Shown here piece by piece: positions 1 to 9,257 of a DNA stretch of 48,397 nt (position 1 is its first letter; each line of letters starts with the position of its first letter). Below the pieces are notes generated by a model. That model was not told the origin of the DNA. It saw only the letters and a program-made list of their open reading frames with translations, and made no database searches. The DNA is from Candidatus Poseidoniia archaeon (GTDB lineage Archaea > Thermoplasmatota > Poseidoniia > MGIII > CG-Epi1). Location: the NCBI GenBank assembly GCA_022449785.1, contig JAKURQ010000005.1, forward strand, positions 1-48,397, read 5' to 3'. The translations under genes were made by a program, and so were the position numbers.

Positions 1-534
1 ATCTCTTGTGATGAATGTGAAGATTTAGTTATTGATGGTAGCAACGCTAAGTTTAGCGCTACTCAACCAGTAACTATTGCTTTTGGAAAAGCTCAAGACA
101 CAAGTGAATGTGACGCAATTGTAACTATTGGTGAAGGAGGTTATTCCTTTGAACCAGCTGAAATCACAATTTCAGAAGGAGATACAGTTTGCTGGATTTG
201 GAAAGATACAGCAGATGTTCATAATGTAGTAGAGATTGCAACAAAGTTCGATGCAGACATGAACCTTGAAGATGCCAAGATTGGTTTCTACAGTGGTGAA
301 TCTGCTACTACAGTTGATTTCAGACATACATTTACTGAAAACGACAAGACACATTACTATGTTTGTGAACCACATGCAACTATGGGAATGGTTGGTACAG
401 TAACTGTTGGAAATGGAACAGAAGCTGATCCAATTCAAGCAATCGCTGATGAATCAGGATTGCCAAGCATTAGTTTCGCAGTTGGTGCACTTGTATTAGT
501 CGGCGCAGCAGGTCTACGTCGCAGAATACACTAA
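1..534 (+). CDS. 5'-truncated blue-copper (plastocyanin/halocyanin-type) cupredoxin with C-terminal membrane/sorting tail
   Basis: Frame 1 is open from base 1: ...YSFEPAEITISEGDTVCWIW..DVHNVVE...YYVCEPHATMGMVGTVTV gives type-1 Cu ligands H, C, H, M. It ends GLPSISF + hydrophobic helix + RRR. Confidence 0.9.
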   Translation: MSCDECEDLVIDGSNAKFSATQPVTIAFGKAQDTSECDAIVTIGEGGYSFEPAEITISEGDTVCWIWKDTADVHNVVEIATKFDADMNLEDAKIGFYSGESATTVDFRHTFTENDKTHYYVCEPHATMGMVGTVTVGNGTEADPIQAIADESGLPSISFAVGALVLVGAAGLRRRIH

Positions 535-564
535 GCATAAATATCTGGGTAATACCCCTCTGTT

Positions 565-1053
565 ATGACAGAGGGGATACCAGTAGTCAGAATGTATACT
601 GACGAAAGTGGTCACACTAGATTTGCAAAGATGCGAATCCCGGTAGTAAGCAAGACAGGTCTTGGTTCTGTAGGCCTATTTTCATCACTGTTCGTTAATG
701 AGAATATTGATGATAATACTGGAGATTTGAAAACTCAGTTTGCGCTTACACCAGTTCCAGAAAATCTAGAAGGAGAAGGTCCTAAGCTTGCACATACAGC
801 ACCTAGGAGGCAACTTGTATTGACTTTAAGCGGTTGTTTAGAGTTCAAAAGCTGTGATGTTGACACAGAAGATGAAGAGCATAAAGTCATCATCCGTAGA
901 GGGGATATTCTATTGGCCGAGGATTTGGAAGGAGCAGGTCACGTCTGGCGCTTCATTGAGGCTCAGGATGGCCACCTTTATCCTTGGATAAGATGCTACA
1001 TACACCTTGGAGAAGAATACGAACATTTTGTTTCACAACTAGTAGAAAATTAA
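565..1053 (+). CDS. cupin-fold protein
   Basis: RMYTDESGHTRF, HTAPRRQLVLTLSG and GDILLAEDLEGAGH match a widespread cupin-domain family. Confidence 0.7.
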   Translation: MTEGIPVVRMYTDESGHTRFAKMRIPVVSKTGLGSVGLFSSLFVNENIDDNTGDLKTQFALTPVPENLEGEGPKLAHTAPRRQLVLTLSGCLEFKSCDVDTEDEEHKVIIRRGDILLAEDLEGAGHVWRFIEAQDGHLYPWIRCYIHLGEEYEHFVSQLVEN

Positions 1054-1098
1054 GCATTAGGACTTAAGTTTAATAAGGGCAGATTTTAGATTTAAATT

Positions 1099-3726
1099 AT
1101 GGGTAAGGAAATGTCACCAAAGATGCGTTGGCAATTGTCAATGATAGCCTTTGTTTTCTTCTTCATTATCGTTCTTGCAGGTTTTTCACCAGACGTTGGT
1201 CGAGAAATGAGTCAGAGAGAAGAATTTTCTTATCCAGATAGTGATGTTTGGAAAGCATCAGATAGAGCCGAAGAGAAGATGCCTGAAGAATACTGGATGG
1301 TTTTCCAGATTGTTATGGGCGATTCAGAGGATTCTGAAGACCATAATGCCTTGGACTTTGAAGTATTTAGAGAAACTACCAATCGAAATGATCAGTTAAG
1401 AGCAGATAATGATACAAGTCAATATTTTGATGTTAAATTCAATTGGCAAGTTAATCAGAATGAACTTTCTACTATGTGGGGTTTACCAGATACAGTTCGC
1501 TCCACAATGAACAACGAGACTCCAGTTACGTCAGTAATAGGCTATACAGGTTCAAATTATGAAGACGCAAGCCAAGAGGATTTTACTTATGTTCTAAATG
1601 CTTTATTCAATATTCGTTCTGAAGATGGTACATTCGTATACAGAGGTTTGGTTTCTCCTGATCTTTGTGTAGTAACAGACAATGAATGTACCAAACCACG
1701 TGATGATTACGATTATAATATTGAAGCTTATGCTACAGGAACATCATATTGGAAAGCTAAAGGTTTCACAATGATAGGTGAAGCTAATTCAACACGTCTC
1801 TTTGCAGACTATCCTCGACAAAGAGGTGATTATGAACACTTTGAATATTGGGAACAGAAAGTTGATGCTTACTATCTTGATCCTCTAGCATCAGATGAAG
1901 ATGTAGATTTCTATTCTTATCTTGCATTTGGTCTTGAACTAGATGATCAGATAAATTCTACAGCACCCTTGATTGTGATTTCTTTTGTTTTGATGGTTCT
2001 CTTGTTGTTTTTCTATTTCCGTAATTTAGGTGATGTGTTGGTAAGTGGCTTAGGTTTAGCTTTGTTGATGGTTTGCATGATAGCAAATTCATTTTGGCTT
2101 GGTTTCCCTCAAACACAACTTGCTGCAATGCTACCGATTCTAATGTTGGCTTTAGGAGTGGATTTTGTGATTCACAGTCTCACGCGTTGGCGTAGATTAA
2201 CACTTGAACATCCTTTGTATCCTCATCATCCACAAGAAGCTAGTTTTCATGGCGCTCTGGGTTCAATTAGAACACTTTTTCCAGCTCTCGGTGTAGCTAC
2301 GATAACGACAGTAGTAGCATTTGGAACTGCTACCTTAAGCAATATTCCTGATTTATTTGAATGGGGAATTCTTGGACCAATTGGAATTATTCAAGCTTAT
2401 TTGATAATGGGCGTTTTTGCACCTATATTGAGAAGTTATTTTCCTCCACCTAAACCTGCTGAAGATGTAGGCGAAAAAGGCCTAATCTCAAAAATTGGAG
2501 CTTATTTTAGTGTTAAACAATTATCTTCACTGATGGTAAATCGTTCACTTACTATGCTAATTGTTTTCTTGTTTATTACGATTATTTTATCCCCAATTGT
2601 TCTTGGCAATCCCGAATCGACATTTGATGTAAAAGAATATGCAGATAATGATTCTCGATTTATTCAAACAGTTATTATTGGTCAGGCAACATTTACAGAA
2701 CAAGGAGAACCTGGATATTACGTAATAGAAGGTGAAAATCTTGCAACTTATGAAACCATAGTTGAAATTGATAATATGGAGGTAGAAATTGCAAATCAAA
2801 ATGTAAGTGCTCGTTGGTTAGGCAGTGTACCTTACATAATCCGAACACAAGTTCTGTTAGCTACAAATATAGAAAATAAGGGATATGTTCCTCAAACAGT
2901 TAATCAAACAACAGGATTTCCTACTTCCGAAGAAGAAATTTACAAAGTTTTAGCAGACGTTTACAAAAATGGGACAATTAATCTCGAAGGAACATACTAT
3001 GTTTCACCATCAGAAGCTAGAGAGCTGTATCGCCTTGAAAACGGTAAGATGACGATGGCAAGATCCTGGTTTATAGTTGAGAGGCCGGACGATATTTATG
3101 GTTTAATGAAAGAGCAAAAAGAGCAGTTAGATTCCGCCAGTCAAGGTCTTAATTCGATAGAGGGAGTCTCGGCACAAGTTGCAGGTTTGAGTTATGAAAG
3201 ATATGTGTATGTCTTAGAAATAACAGATAGTTTCCAAGAAAGTTTGGCAGTAGCAATTATTTTAGCTTTTTTGATTGTACTCTTTGTTCTTAGAGATGTG
3301 AGACTGAGTTTGATAACAATTTTACCAGTTGTTGCGATTACTCTATGGTTGAGAGGTGGAATGGTTCTAACAGGGACTTCTATCAATCTAGTTACAGTAC
3401 AAATATCAAGTTTAGCAATAGGTTTGGGCGTGGATTATGCAATTCACATGGTCCAGAGAGTAAGAGAAGCTAGGTTTGACAATCCTGACGGAACACAAGA
3501 AGAATGGATGGCTGAAAGTTTAGACGAAACAGGGAATAATGTTGCTATGTCGGCATTCACTGATTTCGTAGGTTTCATGGTTCTAACTTTATCCATTATG
3601 CCTCTGTTTGTTACATTTGGACTAATAATGGCAATTATGATTTTCCTTTCATTTGTTGCAGCCGTAATTATGCTTCCAGCATTACTCTATCAATTTGGTA
3701 ATCTAGAAAAGAAATCTTCCCTCTAA
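1099..3726 (+). CDS. MMPL/RND superfamily transporter
   Basis: Two repeats of TM + large extracytoplasmic loop + 5 TM, with motifs ALGVDFVIH and GLGVDYAIH. Confidence 0.9.
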   Translation: MGKEMSPKMRWQLSMIAFVFFFIIVLAGFSPDVGREMSQREEFSYPDSDVWKASDRAEEKMPEEYWMVFQIVMGDSEDSEDHNALDFEVFRETTNRNDQLRADNDTSQYFDVKFNWQVNQNELSTMWGLPDTVRSTMNNETPVTSVIGYTGSNYEDASQEDFTYVLNALFNIRSEDGTFVYRGLVSPDLCVVTDNECTKPRDDYDYNIEAYATGTSYWKAKGFTMIGEANSTRLFADYPRQRGDYEHFEYWEQKVDAYYLDPLASDEDVDFYSYLAFGLELDDQINSTAPLIVISFVLMVLLLFFYFRNLGDVLVSGLGLALLMVCMIANSFWLGFPQTQLAAMLPILMLALGVDFVIHSLTRWRRLTLEHPLYPHHPQEASFHGALGSIRTLFPALGVATITTVVAFGTATLSNIPDLFEWGILGPIGIIQAYLIMGVFAPILRSYFPPPKPAEDVGEKGLISKIGAYFSVKQLSSLMVNRSLTMLIVFLFITIILSPIVLGNPESTFDVKEYADNDSRFIQTVIIGQATFTEQGEPGYYVIEGENLATYETIVEIDNMEVEIANQNVSARWLGSVPYIIRTQVLLATNIENKGYVPQTVNQTTGFPTSEEEIYKVLADVYKNGTINLEGTYYVSPSEARELYRLENGKMTMARSWFIVERPDDIYGLMKEQKEQLDSASQGLNSIEGVSAQVAGLSYERYVYVLEITDSFQESLAVAIILAFLIVLFVLRDVRLSLITILPVVAITLWLRGGMVLTGTSINLVTVQISSLAIGLGVDYAIHMVQRVREARFDNPDGTQEEWMAESLDETGNNVAMSAFTDFVGFMVLTLSIMPLFVTFGLIMAIMIFLSFVAAVIMLPALLYQFGNLEKKSSL

Positions 3727-5453
3727 AATCCGCTTCTTTTGAATTTTTTATCTAGTTCTGAAGGTGTAATGGTCATTACAGTAGGTCTACCATGTACACA
3801 AGCATAAGGATTTGGAATTGATTCCATTTCTCTTATGACAAATTCCATTTGAGCCATTGTTAATTTATCGCCAGCACGTAAAGCAGAATGACATGCAACA
3901 GTATACATCATGTAAGTGTGTTTTTCCTCTGCAGATTTCATAGAACCACTCTCTACGATATCGTCTATTGCCTCTCTAATTCTCTCAGGTTCTGAACCGG
4001 CTAATAATGCAGGTACACTTCTTATCATGAAGGAAGAAGGCCCAAATTTTTCTACGTCAAATCCCATATCATTTACTTCAGGAAGAATTCCTTCAAAAGC
4101 AGTTGATTCGCTTTTTGATAATTCTAGTGAGATAGGTTTCAGAAGATCTTGTTTTCCGACTCTTTTGAATTGTGCTTGATCCTTCAAACGTTCATACATT
4201 ACTCTTTCATGCGCAGCGTGAAAATCAATAATGTAAAGTCCATCTAAACCCATAGCAACAATATATTTGTTTTCAATTAGTGCTAATGGCCTCATAGAAG
4301 GCATGTTTGTCTCTACTTCTTCTTCATTCAATTCAACATCAAATTCTTGTTGCAAACTATCAATAGAATTTACGGGCGTAGCTCTTGATTTAGACGAAGT
4401 CGTAGGCATAGGTGTTCCAAAAATTGAGTCAGTTTTACTACTTTCAAGATTGACATTAGCAATCAGAGCTTGTTCAGATAAAATATTCTTTATTATTTCT
4501 CGAAGTGATTTGTTTACTTTCTCTTCTCTAGCAATTCGAACTATGGTTTTAGCAGGATGTACATTCACATCAACATCTTTTGCAGGAATTTCCAAGAACA
4601 ATGCACCTATCGGAAAATGCCCATCATGTAGCAAACTTCCATAGGCTCCCTTAATCGAATAACAAATATTTCGTGCTTGCACAGGTCTTCCGTTTACATG
4701 CAGATACAATCCAGCCATTGACTTTCTAGAAACAGCCGGTCTTGTTAGAAAACCTTCAAGACGTAATCCATCAGCTTCTCCACTCATTTCAATCAATTCT
4801 TTCGAAGCATCCCTGCCAAGCAAGACTCCAATTCTAGTTTTCAAATCTGATGCGGGTGCATCAATTAGTTTCCTTTCACCATGAACCAAATTAAACGCTA
4901 CATCAGGCCTACGAATCGCTTCTGTTGTCACAATTTTGACTATATGTTGAAGTTCCGTCGCTACTCTCTTAAGATGCTTTGATCTTGCTGGTGTATTGAA
5001 GAAAAGGTCCGCAACTTCTATTGTTGTTCCTTGTGGTGAAGCATGTTCTTCAACCTCCAAATTATTATTTCCTTCTATTGTGATTCTAGTTCCAACATCA
5101 GTTCCTTTTCTACATGTTGTAATCCTTAGTCGTGATACTGAAGCTATAGATGGTAAGGCTTCACCTCTGAATCCAGAAGTATTAACGTCTTGTAAATCAT
5201 CAAAAGAGCGTATTTTTGAAGTCGAATGCTTTTGGAAGGCTAATTTTGCATCTTCCGCATCCATTCCATCTCCATCATCTCTAACTAGGACTAAGGAGGT
5301 ACCACCTTCTTCGATTCTAATCCAAATATTCTTTGCATTTGCATCTAGTGAATTTTCAACAAGTTCTTTGACGACAGAGGCCGGCCTTTCGATTACTTCA
5401 CCAGCAGCAATTTGGTTAATTGTGTGGTCATCTAGAACTTGAATTTTACCCAT
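3723..5453 (-). CDS. mutL: DNA mismatch repair endonuclease MutL
   Basis: NQIAAGEVIERPASVVKELVENSLDA, GFRGEAL, DVNVHPAK; endonuclease motifs DFHAAHERVMYE, ACH and CVHGRP. Confidence 0.98.
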   Translation of the reverse strand: MGKIQVLDDHTINQIAAGEVIERPASVVKELVENSLDANAKNIWIRIEEGGTSLVLVRDDGDGMDAEDAKLAFQKHSTSKIRSFDDLQDVNTSGFRGEALPSIASVSRLRITTCRKGTDVGTRITIEGNNNLEVEEHASPQGTTIEVADLFFNTPARSKHLKRVATELQHIVKIVTTEAIRRPDVAFNLVHGERKLIDAPASDLKTRIGVLLGRDASKELIEMSGEADGLRLEGFLTRPAVSRKSMAGLYLHVNGRPVQARNICYSIKGAYGSLLHDGHFPIGALFLEIPAKDVDVNVHPAKTIVRIAREEKVNKSLREIIKNILSEQALIANVNLESSKTDSIFGTPMPTTSSKSRATPVNSIDSLQQEFDVELNEEEVETNMPSMRPLALIENKYIVAMGLDGLYIIDFHAAHERVMYERLKDQAQFKRVGKQDLLKPISLELSKSESTAFEGILPEVNDMGFDVEKFGPSSFMIRSVPALLAGSEPERIREAIDDIVESGSMKSAEEKHTYMMYTVACHSALRAGDKLTMAQMEFVIREMESIPNPYACVHGRPTVMTITPSELDKKFKRSGF

Positions 5454-5548
5454 GCTTGGAAGTCCCTAATTGTGCCCCCTCTAAATGACCTTTTTTGACA
5501 TTGTTAATTAACAGATGCATTTTTTTAGGGGATATTGATTCGTAGTAT

Positions 5549-6370
5549 ATGGAAGAAGAATTAGAGCAAGAAGAACAACAAGATGAGGATCAAAAGTTAT
5601 TCAAACCAAGTAAGAAGGGATTTTTCACATTGTTACTTGAATCTTTTAAATTTTTCACATTAAACTTGCCTGCTATTGCTACAATAGTTGTTCCTGTTTT
5701 TTTAATAGTAGAATATTTGGTTCCCCTTCTATCAACCTTCGTTGATGATTTAGCAAATGAGTTAACAGGGTGGAAGTTTATTGATAATTTCTTGAGTGGA
5801 GTTATAGAATACATAACGATTGAATTCATTCGCCAATTAATTGGCGGAATTGCTTGGATTGCAGTCATTAGAGTTATTGCAGGCGCAATGCACGGAGAAA
5901 AGATTCCTGGTGTTCAAGCACTAAAGGATGGGACAAATATGCTACCTATGTATTTTGTAACTGCCGTAATCTTCTATGTTTTTTGGATTATCACTTCACT
6001 GTTACTGATTATTCCAGGAATAATTTTTGCAGTTTATTGTGCTTTTTGGCAGTACAGTTATGTTTTGAGAGGAAAAGGAGCGTTTTCCGCATTAACTTAT
6101 AGTTATTCTTTAGTTAAAGATGATTTTGTGCGCGTATTCTTGAACGTTTTTGGTATAATGGTGTTCCTCATTGTGTTTGATTATTTCCTACTTGAATTTA
6201 TTTCTACTACAATAGCTGGGGCAGTTGATTCTGAGGAAGGCTTACTTTATGGGATAGTTAATGCAATTATTATGGCATTAGGGAAAGTTCTTGAATTAGG
6301 TATAGAAATAATCTTCCTTATGATGCTGTTTATGACTTTAGAAGAGGAAAATACTGAAACACATATTTAG
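5549..6370 (+). CDS. multi-pass membrane protein (YciC/DUF975-like)
   Basis: About 6 TM helices; LLIIPGIIFAV...AFSALTYSYSLVKD pattern. Confidence 0.6.
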   Translation: MEEELEQEEQQDEDQKLFKPSKKGFFTLLLESFKFFTLNLPAIATIVVPVFLIVEYLVPLLSTFVDDLANELTGWKFIDNFLSGVIEYITIEFIRQLIGGIAWIAVIRVIAGAMHGEKIPGVQALKDGTNMLPMYFVTAVIFYVFWIITSLLLIIPGIIFAVYCAFWQYSYVLRGKGAFSALTYSYSLVKDDFVRVFLNVFGIMVFLIVFDYFLLEFISTTIAGAVDSEEGLLYGIVNAIIMALGKVLELGIEIIFLMMLFMTLEEENTETHI

Positions 6371-6403
6371 TCACATTAGTATAGATAACCAGAGGCGATA
6401 CCT

Positions 6404-6637
6404 TTGGAACGAATCGAAGCAATGAAATGGACAGGTACAGGTTTAATTCTGACTGGAATTTTACTTACTAATTTAGATCAATATCCAATGAATATATTTT
6501 TTCATGGAGCCGGAGTTCTATTTTGGTCAACAGCAGGTTATATGACTAATGATAAACCAATAATGGCTAATTTCGGGTTACAAATTCCCTTATTTATTAT
6601 TGGATATACTAAATTATTTCTTGAGTTTTATAATTAA
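6404..6637 (+). CDS. small 3-TM membrane protein (DUF6552-like)
   Basis: KWTGTGLILTGILLTNLDQYPMNIFFH; the start may be the ATG at 6422. Confidence 0.6.
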   Translation: MERIEAMKWTGTGLILTGILLTNLDQYPMNIFFHGAGVLFWSTAGYMTNDKPIMANFGLQIPLFIIGYTKLFLEFYN

Positions 6638-7560
6638 TTTAGTTCTATGTCAGAAGTTCCTTTTACAGGAATGCCTTCGTAAGTTACAGTAATTTTAATG
6701 ATACATGTTGAATTACAAATATCAAAATTATTTTCAAATATAGCAATTTTTTCGTTTGTCTCCCACAAATCTATTTTTTCTCCTGATTCAATAATTGTAC
6801 ATTTAGCTGGCGAAACTAAATCTGAATTTGAAAGGGCTGGAAATTCACTATTACCAATGGTTCCAATCATAAATGATACATATCGTGGTTCATCATCATC
6901 ATTGTAATAACTTGTAAATTTTATTTTGTAATAATTTTCATTAATTTTTACAATGTATATCTTATCTTCAACTTCTATACGGTGTGTGGTTATTTTGTAA
7001 TCATACCAATCCAATCTTTCTTCACTTGTTTCCGTAAAATCTTGATTGGGTACCTCATTCAACTCCTCGAATGTTTTATCCTCTATGATAGTCCCAGTTA
7101 CATTCTCAGAAAGGTAAATATCAGTCTTAGAGAATCGGATGTCATAAGCAGTTTCATCAGTTTCCTTTAATTCTCCTAAATTGACGTGTGTAAAGTCTTC
7201 TTCAGAAGTCGCATCTATAACTACACTGAATGTTTCCCCATCTGAACTTAGTTTTGGAGAAACTTTTGCATTTCCAATATCTTTAGATGTAAAATTTCCC
7301 TTTGAACAGTCCATAGTTTCAGTTTCATTTTGAATACTAATACTTAATTTCGACCATTCCAAGCTTTCTTCTGATTTTGAAAATGATAATTCAAAAAGGG
7401 AATTATTTCGTTCATTTGTTAGATTATTAGATGAATCATTTGCAACAAAAATATTGTTTGTTCCTAAGTCTTCTTCATACGAACTTATCATAAAACTCCA
7501 TATTCCTCCAATTACTAATATTAGACTAACCAGCCCTATTCCAATTTGTTTTAAATTCAT
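6634..7560 (-). CDS. membrane-anchored protein with an HmuY-like (heme-binding) domain
   Basis: N-terminal TM; YDIRFSK and WYDYKITTHRI...IYIVKINENYYKIKFTSYYN..EPRYVSF resemble HmuY consensus blocks. Overlaps the permease stop by 4 nt. Confidence 0.7.
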   Translation of the reverse strand: MNLKQIGIGLVSLILVIGGIWSFMISSYEEDLGTNNIFVANDSSNNLTNERNNSLFELSFSKSEESLEWSKLSISIQNETETMDCSKGNFTSKDIGNAKVSPKLSSDGETFSVVIDATSEEDFTHVNLGELKETDETAYDIRFSKTDIYLSENVTGTIIEDKTFEELNEVPNQDFTETSEERLDWYDYKITTHRIEVEDKIYIVKINENYYKIKFTSYYNDDDEPRYVSFMIGTIGNSEFPALSNSDLVSPAKCTIIESGEKIDLWETNEKIAIFENNFDICNSTCIIKITVTYEGIPVKGTSDIELN

Positions 7561-8426
7561 TTTTTTGCTCTGAAAATGTTACCAAATAAAGATGGAGATT
7601 TGAAAGTTGCATCATCTACAAAGTAGGATCTTGCCTTTATTGAAATTAAATCAATAGCTATCACAACAAAAAATAGAATAATTAATAATGCAATTACTTT
7701 ATCATACTGTAAGAATTTCAGATATGTTGAGATATAATATCCAATTCCACCAGCCCCTACAATTCCTATAACAGACCCATGTCTTACATTGTATTCAAAC
7801 ATGAAAAACAATTGAGAAATTAGATTATTTGCAGTTTCAGGTATTACTACTCTCTGAATCATTTCACTATTTTTTAGTCCCATCGCTTTTGCTGCATCTA
7901 AAGGATCATTAGATAGTCCTTCTATAGTTTCATATTGTAATTTCCCTAAATATCCAACAGTGTAGAATGTCATGGCCAGAACTCCTGAAACTGGTCCCAA
8001 TCCGACAAGTATAACAAAGAAAATCGCCCAAATAATACTCGGTAAAGTTCTCATTGCCGCTAGTAAGAATCTGAATGGTATTGCTATCGAATCACTGTAT
8101 AAATTTCTGGAAGCTAAAGTGGCAAGTGGTAAACTAATAATGAAGCCAAATCCTGTTGAAACAAAGGCAATTTTCAATGTTTCCATAATACCAATGTATG
8201 CTGGTGAGCAAAGAAAATCCCAGCTTCTTTCACAAGAGGGATATGATCGCGCTTCTATAACTTTCCAATTAGGAGGCCATAAGGATTCGCGGAAAAATCT
8301 TGAAAGATTTTCTAAACTATTCTCAAGGCTTGCCCAATTTCCATCTACGAGATCAACGAATATTAGGTATGTAGTAAAGAGTATGAAAGTTAGGAATATA
8401 GGATATTTTCTTCTCGCGATATTCAT
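7557..8426 (-). CDS. ABC transporter permease, PhnE family (probably iron uptake here)
   Basis: ETLKIAF, RTLPSIIWAIFFV, EAA-like loop DAAKAMG, FEYNVRHGSVIGIVGAGGIG. Confidence 0.92.
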   Translation of the reverse strand: MNIARRKYPIFLTFILFTTYLIFVDLVDGNWASLENSLENLSRFFRESLWPPNWKVIEARSYPSCERSWDFLCSPAYIGIMETLKIAFVSTGFGFIISLPLATLASRNLYSDSIAIPFRFLLAAMRTLPSIIWAIFFVILVGLGPVSGVLAMTFYTVGYLGKLQYETIEGLSNDPLDAAKAMGLKNSEMIQRVVIPETANNLISQLFFMFEYNVRHGSVIGIVGAGGIGYYISTYLKFLQYDKVIALLIILFFVVIAIDLISIKARSYFVDDATFKSPSLFGNIFRAKK

Positions 8427-9112
8427 ATTTTGACCTCGCTCAGAATCGAATAATCACTTTCTTCATTTTTTTCTAATTTAAAACAACGTTCAGCAAGTCT
8501 TGCTCGTTCAATATTATGCTCTACTATTACTAAAGTAGTATTGTTGCTTGTGACATACTCAAGCATAGATTTCCAAACATTCTCTACAGTCTTGTCATCC
8601 AATTCACTAAGAAATTCATCTGCTAGGATTAATTTAGGGCCTTGAGCTATTGTTCTTGCTATTGCTACTCTTCTTTGTTGCCCTCCAGAAAGTCGTTTTA
8701 CCGGTTCGTCTATCTTATCAGACAAATTCATTAATTCGATTGTTTCTTTTACTTTATCGATAACTTTCTCTTCATGAAAACCAGATATAGATCTTAGAAT
8801 AGATTCATTGCATATGGCCCCTTCTAGTACGTTGGAGTAAACAGTTTCATGCTTGATTAAGCCTAGTTTTTGGGGAATGTATCCTATAACGCCTCTAGCA
8901 GATACTCCTTCAGTATCAAAAACTTTCAAAGTTCCACTTATCGGATTTACTAAACGTGCGATGCTCTTTAGAAATGTAGTTTTACCTATTCCAGATTCAC
9001 CTACTATTGATACTATTTCACCTTGCTCAATTTCTAGGTTGTCTATTTCACCTAAGATTGAATCTGGTGAATAACCTATCTTTAAATTAACAGCATGGAT
9101 GACACTACTCAT
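8423..9112 (-). CDS. ABC transporter ATPase, PhnC-like
   Basis: Walker A GESGIGKT, signature LSGGQQRRVAIAR, Walker B ILADE, H-loop VEH. Confidence 0.95.
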   Translation of the reverse strand: MSSVIHAVNLKIGYSPDSILGEIDNLEIEQGEIVSIVGESGIGKTTFLKSIARLVNPISGTLKVFDTEGVSARGVIGYIPQKLGLIKHETVYSNVLEGAICNESILRSISGFHEEKVIDKVKETIELMNLSDKIDEPVKRLSGGQQRRVAIARTIAQGPKLILADEFLSELDDKTVENVWKSMLEYVTSNNTTLVIVEHNIERARLAERCFKLEKNEESDYSILSEVKI

Positions 9113-9180
9113 AGACGCCTCTAGGAGTCCTCCGTATTGGACGCACTATTTACCACTACATCATAGGAACTCTGAGGTGT

Positions 9181-9241
9181 TTGCTCATTGAGCAAGGTGT
9201 GAATTCCCTCATCGATATACTGGGACGTGTTGCGATGAGGG
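9181..9241. other. intercistronic stem-loops between binding-protein and ATPase genes
   Basis: TTGCTCA-T-TGAGCAA (9181-9195) and CCCTCATCG (9206-9214) / CGATGAGGG (9233-9241) within a 145-nt spacer. Confidence 0.55.
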
Positions 9242-9257
9242 GATAGCACCGTAAATC

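Noticed and set aside
9121..9249. 42-aa minus-strand GTG ORF in the operon spacer
   Set aside because: No recognisable motif; short open frames arise easily in GC-richer structured DNA. Mentioned only as an alternative.
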